Source: Myxococcota bacterium
GTDB taxonomy: Bacteria; Myxococcota_A; SURF-8
DNA: 64,000 nt
NCBI GenBank assembly: GCA_963674735.2
Contig: CAXXQS010000002.1
Location: 704,001 to 768,000, forward strand
Reading direction: 5' to 3'
Shown here in pieces: positions 20,128 to 30,054 of this stretch; position 1 is the stretch's first letter, and each line of letters begins with the position of its first letter. A model generated the notes under the pieces. That model made no database searches, was not told the DNA's origin, and was given only the letters and a program-made list of their open reading frames with translations. A program made the position numbers and the translations under genes.

Positions 20128-22257
20128 ATGTCAACCCTCAGTTATTTCACTCGCTTTTTAACGATCCTCGCGACGCTTGGCGTTCTGTCGATTGCGGCTT
20201 GTCAGCCGCCCCAGACCGAAACCGCGCAACCCGCGGAGGCGGATCGTGAAAAAGCCTCCGTTGTCTGTTCGCAAGATGCAACGCGCTGCCTGGAGGGCCG
20301 CCGTCTTCAACACTGTCAGGATAACGCTTGGGTCGCCGTGGGCGACTGTGCATTCGATGAAGGTTGTGACAACACTTCGCCGCCCGTTTGTCGACCTTTA
20401 ACCCTGGGTCCAACCAACACCCTCGACCCGCTACCGGAATCGGCCGCATTGAGCGATATCGAAAGCCTGTTCGCACCCGTGATGAGCACCCCCGTCTGTC
20501 GCATGTTGACGGCGCGCGTCCGAAGTGGACAAGCCATCCTCACCGATAGCCGACGAATCGGCCTAGAGGGGGCACAGAAAGCCCGTTTGTTCCGCTGTGC
20601 CCTGGCATTGGCGGTGGAAGAAATCCGCCGTTTGTCGCCTGCCGATCCGGCATTGGCCGACTTGGACCGGACTATCGTCCAGTTGCGTGAGGAAGGTTAC
20701 GAAACGGACTATCGTCTGGAAACGATCGTCTCGGCACCGCATTCCGACCGACCGACCGACCTGCCCCTTGCCGAGTTGGCCTTTCAACTGACCTCACTCC
20801 CCAGCACCGGCATCGCCCAAGCCTCCCGGCTCGATGTGGCAAGCATCCCCGATCCCAAGGTCCAGCTGTTCGTCAGTTACCGCAGTAAAAGCCCGGATGG
20901 AAAGCAAACCCTGGTAATGGGTCTCAAAGAGTTGCTACGTCGTCTGAAATCCGGCCTCAGCGCGTTCTTCGATACCGAACGTTATCGTGACGCCACCGCC
21001 ATCGCCGCCGACCCGACGGTCCCCGAACTGATCCGAAAAGTGGTCCATCGCATTGCACTCCCCAAACAGATGCTGGCTTGCGATCCCGATTGCGTCGAGC
21101 TTGTCCGGAATTTGCTTCCGGATTTGAAGCGTTGGGCGCGCAACGGCGGAAAACAGGCCGACATCGAAAGCCGCCTATCCGCACTCACCGAGACCGAACG
21201 CCACGCGCTGTCACCCGGTATCGGCCTTCTGGCTGCGGCTCAAATGCTCAGCCAGGGCGGTTGGCTCGATCCACCGTTGCGACCGGATCAACGGCTCGCT
21301 GTGGCGGACTGGATGCGGATATGGCAAGCGGCGGCAGGTGATGCGGCCTTTGCCCGGAATCTCTGGGCGCTTCTTCGGGCCGCGCCCCCCGAATTTGCCA
21401 GCTTCCGCATCGGCTTCAATCGACTTCCCGCCGAATACCTGCGCGAACGGGTGATTCCAACACTCAACCAACCGCTCCAGGATAATCTGGCCCAGATCCT
21501 CCCGATTTGGGTGAACCGGGATCGTCTGGTGGCGGAACGCGAATTGATTCTGCGCTACCCGAGCTATCGAAAAAACACCAAACAGCGCGATTTCATTCTC
21601 GATCTCATCGGACACAGCCCCACTCGATCCGCCCTGCCTTTCCTGCTCGACCGTCTGAAGGAAGGCATCGCAACCCCAACCACCTTACAGGCTCTATTAC
21701 GGAATTCGTCAAGTAAAACAAAAGTGTATGACTTGCTACCGGATCGTTTGCCAAAATTACCCAACGACGCCGTTCTGACCGCATTGAACGATCTCTTCCA
21801 TCATGTCAGCACCCGACCGGATTTCGCCACTCATCCGCTGATACCGGTTTTGCGTAAATTGTACGATAACTCGCGTCATTTCGATGTGTTCCGCACCACT
21901 CATGCCTTGCTCAAACGGGCCGAGATCGGCCCTGAGTGGACATGGCCGAGCCGTCCGGGCGTCATCGACACCTTCGTCACTTCAGACGCCGACGAAAGCG
22001 GCCACAGCGCGCTATACGATGCCGCTCTGGCCAGCATTCCCAACGCCGATGAAGATTTCATGATCGCCCTCTTGCACTACGCCAACCTGGTCAACCCCAT
22101 CAAACGCCCACGCCTCGCCCGCTTTTTGTCGGATGTACCGGGAGACCTTGCGATGCACGAAAACGTCTTGCGGCGTGTCATACGCTGCACGGACACTCCC
22201 GAGTGGGCCGACCTGGCCAAGCAGGCGCTGGATGGCTTGGAAACTCGTAAACCCTAG
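20128..22257 (+). CDS. Hypothetical lipoprotein with N-terminal Cys module and helical C-terminus
   Basis: GGAG RBS; lipobox IAAC; C-x6-C-x8-C..W..C..C..C module. Confidence 0.7.
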   Translation: MSTLSYFTRFLTILATLGVLSIAACQPPQTETAQPAEADREKASVVCSQDATRCLEGRRLQHCQDNAWVAVGDCAFDEGCDNTSPPVCRPLTLGPTNTLDPLPESAALSDIESLFAPVMSTPVCRMLTARVRSGQAILTDSRRIGLEGAQKARLFRCALALAVEEIRRLSPADPALADLDRTIVQLREEGYETDYRLETIVSAPHSDRPTDLPLAELAFQLTSLPSTGIAQASRLDVASIPDPKVQLFVSYRSKSPDGKQTLVMGLKELLRRLKSGLSAFFDTERYRDATAIAADPTVPELIRKVVHRIALPKQMLACDPDCVELVRNLLPDLKRWARNGGKQADIESRLSALTETERHALSPGIGLLAAAQMLSQGGWLDPPLRPDQRLAVADWMRIWQAAAGDAAFARNLWALLRAAPPEFASFRIGFNRLPAEYLRERVIPTLNQPLQDNLAQILPIWVNRDRLVAERELILRYPSYRKNTKQRDFILDLIGHSPTRSALPFLLDRLKEGIATPTTLQALLRNSSSKTKVYDLLPDRLPKLPNDAVLTALNDLFHHVSTRPDFATHPLIPVLRKLYDNSRHFDVFRTTHALLKRAEIGPEWTWPSRPGVIDTFVTSDADESGHSALYDAALASIPNADEDFMIALLHYANLVNPIKRPRLARFLSDVPGDLAMHENVLRRVIRCTDTPEWADLAKQALDGLETRKP

Positions 22258-22264
22258 ATTTTGC

Positions 22265-23176
22265 TTAAGGAAATTGAACCTGTAGCGCCACCAGGTAGTA
22301 AGGATCAAGCAGGTCTCGGAAGCGTTTTTCAAGCGGAATGCTCGCCTCGAAACGAATCACCGCCCATTTGTACTGCGCTCGCGGGCCGATCGTCACGGCG
22401 TGCAAGGAACGCGGCCGCCGGATCGGCAAACCGAGAAGATCTCCCAAATTGGCTCCCGAAGAATTCGGGTCGACAAGACCAGTCAGGCTGGCATTGAGTT
22501 CCACATAACCGAACAAATCATAGCCCAAACCCAAACCGTAATTCAGCAACCAGTTGTTATCCTTACGATTCAGCGCATCGCGTTCGCGAACCAACGGTGC
22601 CCAGGTAAAGCCGCCCTCGACCTGAGCGAAGAAGCCATGGGTCTGAAAGCATGCAGCCAACTCCGGCGTCACGGGAAAGCTATCCTCAAAGGCATACTGA
22701 AACCGATAATGCCAATGAGAGAGGATGGCCCGGCGCGGGTCTTGCGGAAGCCCGAAATCGACGGAATCCGCCCGTTCGTAAGTCGGCATGTACAAACGCA
22801 GACCGAAACCGAGCGACACCCACTCGGCCAAGTCAAGCCGGTAGCTCCCTCCCACAAGGATATTACCGCGAATGAAGTTGTCGGCCCCGTCCACACCGCT
22901 ATAGCCGGAAAACGGAACCGCCAGCCGCAGGTGCCAGCCTTGAGCGACATTCACATCCGCCGCCAACAGATAATGCTGAAAATGCGCCGGAAGCGGCTCG
23001 TTCATCCATCCGGCCGCAACTTCCAGCTCGATGCGGCTGCGCTCCGAATAGTCCGTCAGACGCAGCGGATGCGCTCCGAAGGCGTCAACAGCCGGATATA
23101 CAAAGAAAAACGTCCAGACCAGAACGGCAAACCGCAACAGGTCGTGTAGCGAAAATTTTGGGCTGGACCGCATCAT
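22265..23176 (-). CDS. Putative outer-membrane beta-barrel protein
   Basis: Signal peptide; alternating aromatic/hydrophobic strands; ends VALQVQFP. Confidence 0.55.
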   Translation of the reverse strand: MMRSSPKFSLHDLLRFAVLVWTFFFVYPAVDAFGAHPLRLTDYSERSRIELEVAAGWMNEPLPAHFQHYLLAADVNVAQGWHLRLAVPFSGYSGVDGADNFIRGNILVGGSYRLDLAEWVSLGFGLRLYMPTYERADSVDFGLPQDPRRAILSHWHYRFQYAFEDSFPVTPELAACFQTHGFFAQVEGGFTWAPLVRERDALNRKDNNWLLNYGLGLGYDLFGYVELNASLTGLVDPNSSGANLGDLLGLPIRRPRSLHAVTIGPRAQYKWAVIRFEASIPLEKRFRDLLDPYYLVALQVQFP

Positions 23177-23318
23177 ACTGCATCCCCTTCTTCCATGCCT
23201 GGATTGTAGCAATCGCGGTCCCTGGGAGCAAGGGAAACCGCCGACATATCCCCGTTACGTCCTTGACCCGTCCCAAACGATCTGGTAAGCATCAACGGTA
23301 TCGATGAAAGGATCTTTG

Positions 23319-24047
23319 ATGATTCCCCTGCGCGACACCATCCCCTCGCAAACCGTTCCCGTGGTCAACTACCTGCTGATCGTGGTCAATCTCGCCGTTT
23401 TCGTCTATCAGTTCATGTTGCCGGAAGGAACGAGCCACCAACTCATAACCGATTATGGAATCGTTCCGTTACGCACCGTTCATTTTTTCATCGGCCACGA
23501 TATTTCTTGGCAAGAAGCGCTGCTCCCTCTTTTCAGTTACATGTTTCTGCATGGCGGCGTACTGCATCTCGCTGGGAACACCCTCTATCTCTGGATTTTC
23601 GGCGATAATGTGGAAGACTATTTCGGCCATCTCGGCTATCTCGTTTTCTATTTGCTATCCGGAGTCGGATCGGCGATGATTCACCTGTTGTTGGGCTGGT
23701 CGTCAGACATTCCGACGATTGGCGCCTCGGGCGCCATAGCCGGAGTCATGGGAGCCTACTTGGTCTTGTATCCACGCGCGCGCGTGCTGACCTTGGTACC
23801 TATCTTTATTTTCATTCAAATTATGGAAGTTCCGGCAATCGTATTTCTCGCTTTTTGGATCTTGATTCAATTTATTTCGGTCGGAGGCGGACAGGAAGGC
23901 GTCGCCTGGTGGGCGCATATCGGTGGTTTTTTTGTGGGAATTGCTTTACTGCTCGCCTTTCAGTCAACAAAAGGCGGAAAAGGTTCTCGGGGGCATCATC
24001 GCGGCAATGGGGGAAACGGTGGAGGCCGCGTTATCCATCTCAACTGA
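23319..24047 (+). CDS. Rhomboid-family intramembrane serine protease
   Basis: MIPLRD, FLHGGVLHLAGN, GDNVED, IGASGAIAG, WAHIGGF; upstream TTGACC-17-TAAGCA. Confidence 0.93.
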   Translation: MIPLRDTIPSQTVPVVNYLLIVVNLAVFVYQFMLPEGTSHQLITDYGIVPLRTVHFFIGHDISWQEALLPLFSYMFLHGGVLHLAGNTLYLWIFGDNVEDYFGHLGYLVFYLLSGVGSAMIHLLLGWSSDIPTIGASGAIAGVMGAYLVLYPRARVLTLVPIFIFIQIMEVPAIVFLAFWILIQFISVGGGQEGVAWWAHIGGFFVGIALLLAFQSTKGGKGSRGHHRGNGGNGGGRVIHLN

Positions 24048-24080
24048 CAAACGCCGTATCTAAACGAACGAAAGCGAATA

Positions 24081-24446
24081 ATGGAAAAACGGCTCCAATG
24101 GATTCTAATCGGCACCAGTGTGTTCTGGGGCGGAATGCTGGGTGTCTTGCTGATTATCGGACGCTATGAATATCTGGACGGCATCCTCGCCGGCGGAAGC
24201 CTGGGATTGGGCAGCTTCGCTCTTTCAAACTGGCTCGTCCAGCGGATGGGAGCCGAGGTTGAACACCCGATCAAGTTGATCCTGATAATGGCGCTGAAAC
24301 ACCTGGTGGTGTTAGGCGGCGCAATCTTGTTCATCCTGGTTCTGGGAGTCTCGCTGTTCGGATTCGCGCTGGGCTTCGCCTGCCTGCCGCTTGCGGTAGC
24401 CGTTGAATCGCTCTTCGGCCCCGGACGTCCTGCCAAAACAGACTAA
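24081..24446 (+). CDS. Small four-TM membrane protein, possibly AtpI-like
   Basis: 121 aa; GILAGGSLGLGSF, LK..VVLGG, GFALGF pattern. Confidence 0.5.
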   Translation: MEKRLQWILIGTSVFWGGMLGVLLIIGRYEYLDGILAGGSLGLGSFALSNWLVQRMGAEVEHPIKLILIMALKHLVVLGGAILFILVLGVSLFGFALGFACLPLAVAVESLFGPGRPAKTD

Positions 24447-24473
24447 CCCGTTGAAACAACAGGAAATAACACC

Positions 24474-25610
24474 CTATTTCACATCTTCGATGCAGGCATT
24501 ATCCACGCAGATGTAATCAGGCCGACAATCCGAGTTGGGTCCACAGCTGCCCCGGCAGTTGCTATCGTCGAAACAAGAGAAATTGCCCGGGCAAGGGGCC
24601 GGATCTTCACGGGGATTGGGCACACAGCCCGCAAAATTGACGCAATTCTGACCTTCCCATAAGAGATACCCTGAAATACAGGCATCCTGGGGGCAGATCA
24701 CTTCAGCCAGCCACGTTCCCGAAGAACAGCGCTTGTAACCCTGGCCGTGACAGATCTTATCGCTATGATCGTACAACGCGGCCGGATCGCCTTCGGCTAG
24801 ATCCACATGATCGACACAGGTAAAGGAATCGGGGGCGCAATAACGACCGTTATCGTCCCAGTCGAGCTGACACGCGTGGCCGGGCAGACAATCATCCGCC
24901 GTGCTGCAGGGATATCCATCCTGATGATTGGGACGGTCAAGCTCCCAGGCGTCATCATCCGCATCGCCATCCGGTGGCGTATCGCTATCCACGGTATCCG
25001 CATCGCCGTCCGGCGGACCATCTTCCAGGCAGTAATCATCTTGTTCGGGATCGGGGTTGCTGACACAACCCTCGCTACAGGTATTGCGCGGCAATTCAGA
25101 GATCACATAACCGCAATTGGGGTAGTTGCAATCGAATAGTTGCTTGCATTGATAAAGCTGGCTTCCCTTGCACACCATCACATCATGGCTAACCTGACCA
25201 TCTCGACAAAAAACTTGCGAAACGAAATCGCCACACTGTGGGTCGAGGTTATCTCCCGTGCAACCTTCCGCCTCGACGTCACTCTCCGTGGATTCCGCAC
25301 CCTCCACGTCATCGTCGCCGATTTCTTCCCCGTCGCCGTCTATCGTCGGCTCCTCATCCACATCGCCATCCGTCGGCAACAGATCCTGATCCGCATCCCC
25401 ATCCGTCTCGTCGCCATCGGACGGAAGCGGATCATCGCCATCGATAATGCGTTTACATTCCTGATAAACACACTTGAAACCCGCCCCACAATCCGAATCT
25501 TTCAGGCATTCTTGATACGGATCGGCATCGTCGCCGCCTTTACAGGCAACCAACAAGCTCATGAACACAAAGACCATCAGCACGGTCCGGATCAATTCGA
25601 TCATACGCAT
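24474..25610 (-). CDS. Cys-rich lipoprotein with DGD acidic repeats
   Basis: Lipobox LVAC; CLKDSDCGAGFKCVYQEC module, repeated DGD, further Cys modules; AAGGA RBS. Confidence 0.8.
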   Translation of the reverse strand: MRMIELIRTVLMVFVFMSLLVACKGGDDADPYQECLKDSDCGAGFKCVYQECKRIIDGDDPLPSDGDETDGDADQDLLPTDGDVDEEPTIDGDGEEIGDDDVEGAESTESDVEAEGCTGDNLDPQCGDFVSQVFCRDGQVSHDVMVCKGSQLYQCKQLFDCNYPNCGYVISELPRNTCSEGCVSNPDPEQDDYCLEDGPPDGDADTVDSDTPPDGDADDDAWELDRPNHQDGYPCSTADDCLPGHACQLDWDDNGRYCAPDSFTCVDHVDLAEGDPAALYDHSDKICHGQGYKRCSSGTWLAEVICPQDACISGYLLWEGQNCVNFAGCVPNPREDPAPCPGNFSCFDDSNCRGSCGPNSDCRPDYICVDNACIEDVK

Positions 25611-25664
25611 CGGACATCCTTCTTTCACAACAGGTGGTCTGGCGAACCCTACCGTAATCGTAGA

Positions 25665-25693
25665 ATTATACCACATTGTGCGCAGGGTGCAAA
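25665..25693 (-). promoter_or_regulatory. Sigma70 promoter with extended -10
   Basis: TTTGCA-17-TATAAT with TG at -15/-14 on the minus strand. Confidence 0.6.
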
Positions 25694-25726
25694 AGGAGAC
25701 GTCAGGTTGAAGAAAGAATCGAGGGT

Positions 25727-26911
25727 TCAGGGGCGCACGGCCGGACTTTCGATCGGCGCGGGAGTGGAATAACCCAGCCATTTTCGACACCGATCGCGCC
25801 AGGCGCTGAAGGCCGGCCACTCGTCGGCTCTTTCAAGGCTGCGCCGCCGTGATCCATGGACATCATAGGGATTACGGATGCGCCCGCTGGAGGTTTGCAG
25901 TTGATAGTGAAGGTGCGGGGCCGTCGAACGCCCGGTATTGCCGACACGTCCGATTAGAGTCCCCGCCTTCAATCGGCGTCCCGATTGGACCTCTTTAGCC
26001 ACACTGTCGAGATGCAAAAAGAGTGCATCAAGCCCTTTATTGGGAACACGCACCTTGATATAGCGCCCGTTGTAGCGCTGGATACGACGGGAAACCTGCA
26101 ACACTTCGGCATCCCAAGGCAAACGTACCGGCGTTCCCACCGGGGCTTTGAAATCGATCCCATCGTGGCGCGGTCGACGATCCCGCAGCAGAGAAGTTAC
26201 CTGTTCAAACTCTTCAAGCGGAGAATTGATCAGTTCCGGTTGAACGCTAACACCTTCCCCGTCATAGTGACGCCCGAAAGCCTTGCCCGCCGCTTTGTAA
26301 TAGTAGGCTTCAAACAACCGATCGTGGCGTGAACTCTCGTAAAGCGCGGCCAATATGCGCAAACCATCGGTGGACTCGTCGGTATGTTCCCAAACCAACG
26401 AATAGCGGTCTCCCGGGCGCAAATCCCGTTTGAAATCAAGCTCAAAGAAAAATAGGCGTTTAAAATGCGCCGCCAATTGCTCCGCCAATAAACGCTCTGC
26501 CGGTTGCTCGGAATCCACATGCTGCGCAAAACTGGTATAAAGGGAATGGGTCAACAAGCCCGTCATCACTTGGGGCAACGTGGCCGGTAGCGCCGGTCCC
26601 TCGCTCCCATCCTCCAAACCCGTCCAAGGAGGAAGATCCGGGACATCCGCAGCGGCGACCTTGGGTACCGCTTCGGCATCGGGCATTTCCGGATTCACCG
26701 GAGCGGCTTTATCCTCCACGACCGAATCGGAAAGCACCGTGTCGTCCACTGCCGGTTCCTTCGAAACATCAGAAGAGTCGGATGCTCCAAAAATCCACGC
26801 GGCAAAAACCAAGCCCACAACAGCCCCCGCCACACAGGCAAGCACCCGCGTGATTTTATTTCGACGACGGAATCCGGGTAACTCAAGGCTGGCTGGTGAA
26901 CGCGTTCGCAA
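25727..26911 (-). CDS. M23-family metalloendopeptidase (MepM/Csd3-like) with N-terminal TM anchor
   Basis: DLRPGDRYSL, HDGIDFKAPVGTPV, GNTGRSTAPHLHYQ; start placed at TTG 26911 after a GGAG RBS (uncertain). Confidence 0.85.
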   Translation of the reverse strand: MRTRSPASLELPGFRRRNKITRVLACVAGAVVGLVFAAWIFGASDSSDVSKEPAVDDTVLSDSVVEDKAAPVNPEMPDAEAVPKVAAADVPDLPPWTGLEDGSEGPALPATLPQVMTGLLTHSLYTSFAQHVDSEQPAERLLAEQLAAHFKRLFFFELDFKRDLRPGDRYSLVWEHTDESTDGLRILAALYESSRHDRLFEAYYYKAAGKAFGRHYDGEGVSVQPELINSPLEEFEQVTSLLRDRRPRHDGIDFKAPVGTPVRLPWDAEVLQVSRRIQRYNGRYIKVRVPNKGLDALFLHLDSVAKEVQSGRRLKAGTLIGRVGNTGRSTAPHLHYQLQTSSGRIRNPYDVHGSRRRSLERADEWPAFSAWRDRCRKWLGYSTPAPIESPAVRP

Positions 26912-26980
26912 GCGGTAACTCCGTAAATACTGAATACACGAGGGGCATTGGTACCATCGCCGATCAACCCCTGTCAAGCA

Positions 26981-27436
26981 TCAATTCGACCGTTTCTCCG
27001 GTAACTTCAGTGATTTGTGGAAGGCATCGACAAACGCATCCCGGGTCGGCGACGATTGGAACAGGAATGTCAGGAAATCGATCAAGCGCTCAGCGGTTTC
27101 ATCGCCCATCGCATGCTCCATCTTACAGGCGTCTTCGATCGCGAGTTCTTCCGGCAATTCGAGGATTTCCTGAAAAAATCGTCGGATATTGCGCTCACGC
27201 CGATGGATTTTCTCCGCGATTCCGAGACCCGCTTCGGTCAATTTGACATAGCCGTAGCGTTCATGTTCGACAAGCCCCATCCCCTCGATTTTCTTCAGGA
27301 TTCCCGAGGTGCTCGGATAGGTGACCCCCATGGCCAGAGAAATTTCCTTCACCCGCACCACGCCCCGCTCTTTTTCGATTCGGTAAATGGCTTCCAGGTA
27401 ATCTTCGATATTCGATGTTATTTTATGTTTTGACAT
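26981..27436 (-). CDS. DtxR/MntR-family metal-dependent repressor
   Basis: EDYLEAIY, RVKEI, LTEAG..IA, EDACKMEH. Confidence 0.92.
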   Translation of the reverse strand: MSKHKITSNIEDYLEAIYRIEKERGVVRVKEISLAMGVTYPSTSGILKKIEGMGLVEHERYGYVKLTEAGLGIAEKIHRRERNIRRFFQEILELPEELAIEDACKMEHAMGDETAERLIDFLTFLFQSSPTRDAFVDAFHKSLKLPEKRSN

Positions 27437-27523
27437 CTTATCGTCCCCAAACCTGATTCGAGGGTTGGCCGCGAGCAAAAAATAAAGCGGCCTTAACTTG
27501 TTTCGGCATCCCTTAATACTGCT

Positions 27524-27552
27524 TTGTTAGCACAACATACAATACTTGACAA
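27524..27552 (-). promoter_or_regulatory. Promoter with overlapping putative DtxR/MntR operator
   Basis: TTGTCA-17-TAACAA on the minus strand, overlapped by the imperfect inverted repeat TTGTTAG-N5-CATACAA. Confidence 0.4.
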
Positions 27553-27602
27553 GCGCAAGCCGCAGGTTTCGGTAGAAAACGCGCCAACACCCCACCACAA
27601 AA

Positions 27603-29003
27603 TCAGGACAAAGGTCCTCCGGCGGGATCGGCAAAAACGCCGCTATCCGGTTTTTTCAGTTCACCTGACACATAATCCAATTCATCGAAGAACTGACGTT
27701 CATATTCCGCCGGCAGGTCTCGGGCCAGTCGAATGGCATCGGCCAACTCCGGTTGATGGCAAAGCGCGATCAGGTCGTCGTATAAGCGAACTTTTTCAGC
27801 CGACCCCAAAAGAGGAAAGAGATAGCCGTTAAGTTCGTCCAATGGCTTCCCCGCAATCAAAGGCTGCAAACGTTCCCACTCCTGCGACCCCGGCACCGGG
27901 GCCAATGGAGAAAAAATGGGCCGCGCACCCAGCATCACCATCGTAATGTAGGTACGAAACAGAAAACGGATCGTCTCGTCATCGTATGCAAATAATGAGC
28001 AGGAATGAAAACGGCCGACTTTGAACCCCACCTCGCGCAACAATCGTAACGTACGCACCGGCGCGCCGAAACGGTAAGGCTTTTTGAAGCGTTTCAACAT
28101 GATGGGGTCGGATGTCTCAAAGGGGATGGTCATCTGGTTCACTCCGGCCTTGAGCATTTTCTCGGCAATAGACGAGGTAAGCCGATTCGATTGAATCCCC
28201 ATATTGAAACTCATACGAACATCCGTTCCGGCCGCGATCATCAGGTCGAGAAACTGGTCGAGCGCGTCGGGAAACAGCATCACGTTGGGATCCCAGTTGG
28301 CAAACTGCCGGATACCAAAGCGTTTCCGAACCGCCAACAGATAATAGAGCACTTGTTTGGGTTTGAACCGCAGGGTGGGCTTCCAGCGATGATTGATACA
28401 AAAACTACATCGGTTAGAGCATCCTGTAGCCAGATTGAACAATCCGATTTCCGGCGGAGATTCGTAAAGCGACAGATCTCCGACTTCCCATTCGGCCGCC
28501 TCGTTTTTACCCTCGACGATGTCATCGGCCAGACTCGTGGCGGCATGCTCGGGCATCAATGTCGGATAAATTCCGCCGAGACGCACCGGGATGTCCGGAA
28601 AGACTTCCTTGCATACGGCGATGGCGTCGTGGGCGGTTTCCCAGTTGAAGGTCAGGCAGGCGGTTACCCATATTTCATCCGGACGCTCGCCGTCGTTCAG
28701 GGCTTTGCGAAGCTCGGACAGAGGACGCCCCAGCAGATAGGAAGGTCGCCATTCGCTGTCGACCCGATTGTTGCCCGAACGCTTGCGGCCGTACTCGGGA
28801 ACATGTGCGGGCCACTTGGATAAATACCAGCTTTTATAATGATCGTATTCCATCAGGTCGATCAGGCGCACCGAGTGCCCCTGTTTCTTCAACCAGGTTC
28901 CCAGTTTGAGTAACCCGTAGGGATAAGGCTCGGGATACTGCAGCAGTTGCCAGCGACTGACCACCTGAACCGGTGGATTGACGAAGACGATATGCTTGCC
29001 CAC
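27603..29003 (-). CDS. Cobalamin-binding radical SAM protein
   Basis: VFVNPP, PYGLLKLG, LGGIYPTLMPEH, GCSNRCSFC (CxxxCxxC), PVPGS; AGGAG RBS before GTG 29003. Confidence 0.88.
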   Translation of the reverse strand: MGKHIVFVNPPVQVVSRWQLLQYPEPYPYGLLKLGTWLKKQGHSVRLIDLMEYDHYKSWYLSKWPAHVPEYGRKRSGNNRVDSEWRPSYLLGRPLSELRKALNDGERPDEIWVTACLTFNWETAHDAIAVCKEVFPDIPVRLGGIYPTLMPEHAATSLADDIVEGKNEAAEWEVGDLSLYESPPEIGLFNLATGCSNRCSFCINHRWKPTLRFKPKQVLYYLLAVRKRFGIRQFANWDPNVMLFPDALDQFLDLMIAAGTDVRMSFNMGIQSNRLTSSIAEKMLKAGVNQMTIPFETSDPIMLKRFKKPYRFGAPVRTLRLLREVGFKVGRFHSCSLFAYDDETIRFLFRTYITMVMLGARPIFSPLAPVPGSQEWERLQPLIAGKPLDELNGYLFPLLGSAEKVRLYDDLIALCHQPELADAIRLARDLPAEYERQFFDELDYVSGELKKPDSGVFADPAGGPLS

Positions 29004-29016
29004 CTGAATCTCCTGT

Positions 29017-30048
29017 TTAGGGCGGATCAACCGGTACGTAGTACAGCGTGCCACGGGTCGAGTCACCTTGTACCAGCGATAAACGGCTCATACCCATTCG
29101 CCGCGAACCACACAGGTTGCGCCAACCATTCAAGGCTGATTTCCACTCCGATGATTCAGTGTACGCCTCAAGGCGTTCCGGCGTCAAACCATTGAGCGGA
29201 GCATTGAAGTCGAGTTCGGCACCGCTCGCAATTTCGACATATCCATCCGGTCGAAAACGTTGGATTATAACCGCGTCTCTCAAAACATTATCTTCGCACG
29301 CATGCGTTATTTCATCCATCATAGCCCAGTCTGGATAACGTGATTTCAACGAAACCAACGGCCAACGGCTGATCCGTTCGTATGTTTTAACGCGCAGTAA
29401 ACCCTGCTCGCAAAAGTCAGCCCCAATGAGATGCAGCCTCGACAAAGCGGCGGAATCGCCAAGATCGGGCGTAGTCGACAACAGGCGGTTCAACACAAAT
29501 TCCTTTTCTCGACGACACCCCGGAGGGAATTGCCAGTAAAGCTTGAACCGGCGCGCCTGCGGTCCGGCCTCCAGACCGAATAAGAGTTGAGGTGTAACAC
29601 CGGGGTCGGCCGCACGCAGAAGTGGTTCAGCCACCACCGACACCTCTGATCCGAAAGCGGCCAACATCACACGAAGCGTGGTCAAATCCAACGCCGCCGC
29701 CCCTCGCGCAAAGGCCGGAAAACTAATGGAAAAACGGTAAGGAAAAACGTCATCGCCGCGCCAGGCAAACGAATACTCCAAGCAAAACGCATAACGCGTC
29801 ATTACGCGTTCAAGGTGAGCGCAGAGATGCCGCTCCATTTTCTTGTAAGGAACAGCCACGCGACCGGAGTTGAGTCCGGCCATGTCCCGCATCGCCGTGA
29901 AATGAGCCTCCACCGACCGCAGGTCCAGGAGACGACGGTCTTGGTAGCAAGCCGGATACACCTCGCTTCTTCCCCGATCGAGATCGGGACAACCGGGAGA
30001 TGCCCGGCAGAAGACACAACGGGCCGTTGGAAGATTCGTCTTTGTCAT
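29017..30048 (-). CDS. Putative ABBA-fold prenyltransferase, LynF/TruF/PagF-like, with N-terminal Cys cluster
   Basis: Motif series CLEYS..YRF, QLLFGLE..RFKLY, LHLIGADF..G..RVKTY, terminal TLYY; N-terminal CVFC-x5-C-x13-C. Confidence 0.55.
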   Translation of the reverse strand: MTKTNLPTARCVFCRASPGCPDLDRGRSEVYPACYQDRRLLDLRSVEAHFTAMRDMAGLNSGRVAVPYKKMERHLCAHLERVMTRYAFCLEYSFAWRGDDVFPYRFSISFPAFARGAAALDLTTLRVMLAAFGSEVSVVAEPLLRAADPGVTPQLLFGLEAGPQARRFKLYWQFPPGCRREKEFVLNRLLSTTPDLGDSAALSRLHLIGADFCEQGLLRVKTYERISRWPLVSLKSRYPDWAMMDEITHACEDNVLRDAVIIQRFRPDGYVEIASGAELDFNAPLNGLTPERLEAYTESSEWKSALNGWRNLCGSRRMGMSRLSLVQGDSTRGTLYYVPVDPP

Positions 30049-30054
30049 GCGCCC

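Noticed and set aside
26912-26977. Apparent CPSC zinc-knuckle at the N-terminus of the M23 ORF
   Set aside because: It overlaps a TTGACA promoter-like element; a GGAG RBS with TTG at 26911 suggests the real start is downstream
27437-27602. Search for a RiPP precursor peptide next to the radical SAM/prenyltransferase operon
   Set aside because: No short ORF with a convincing RBS or leader motif; the region is explained by the DtxR promoter
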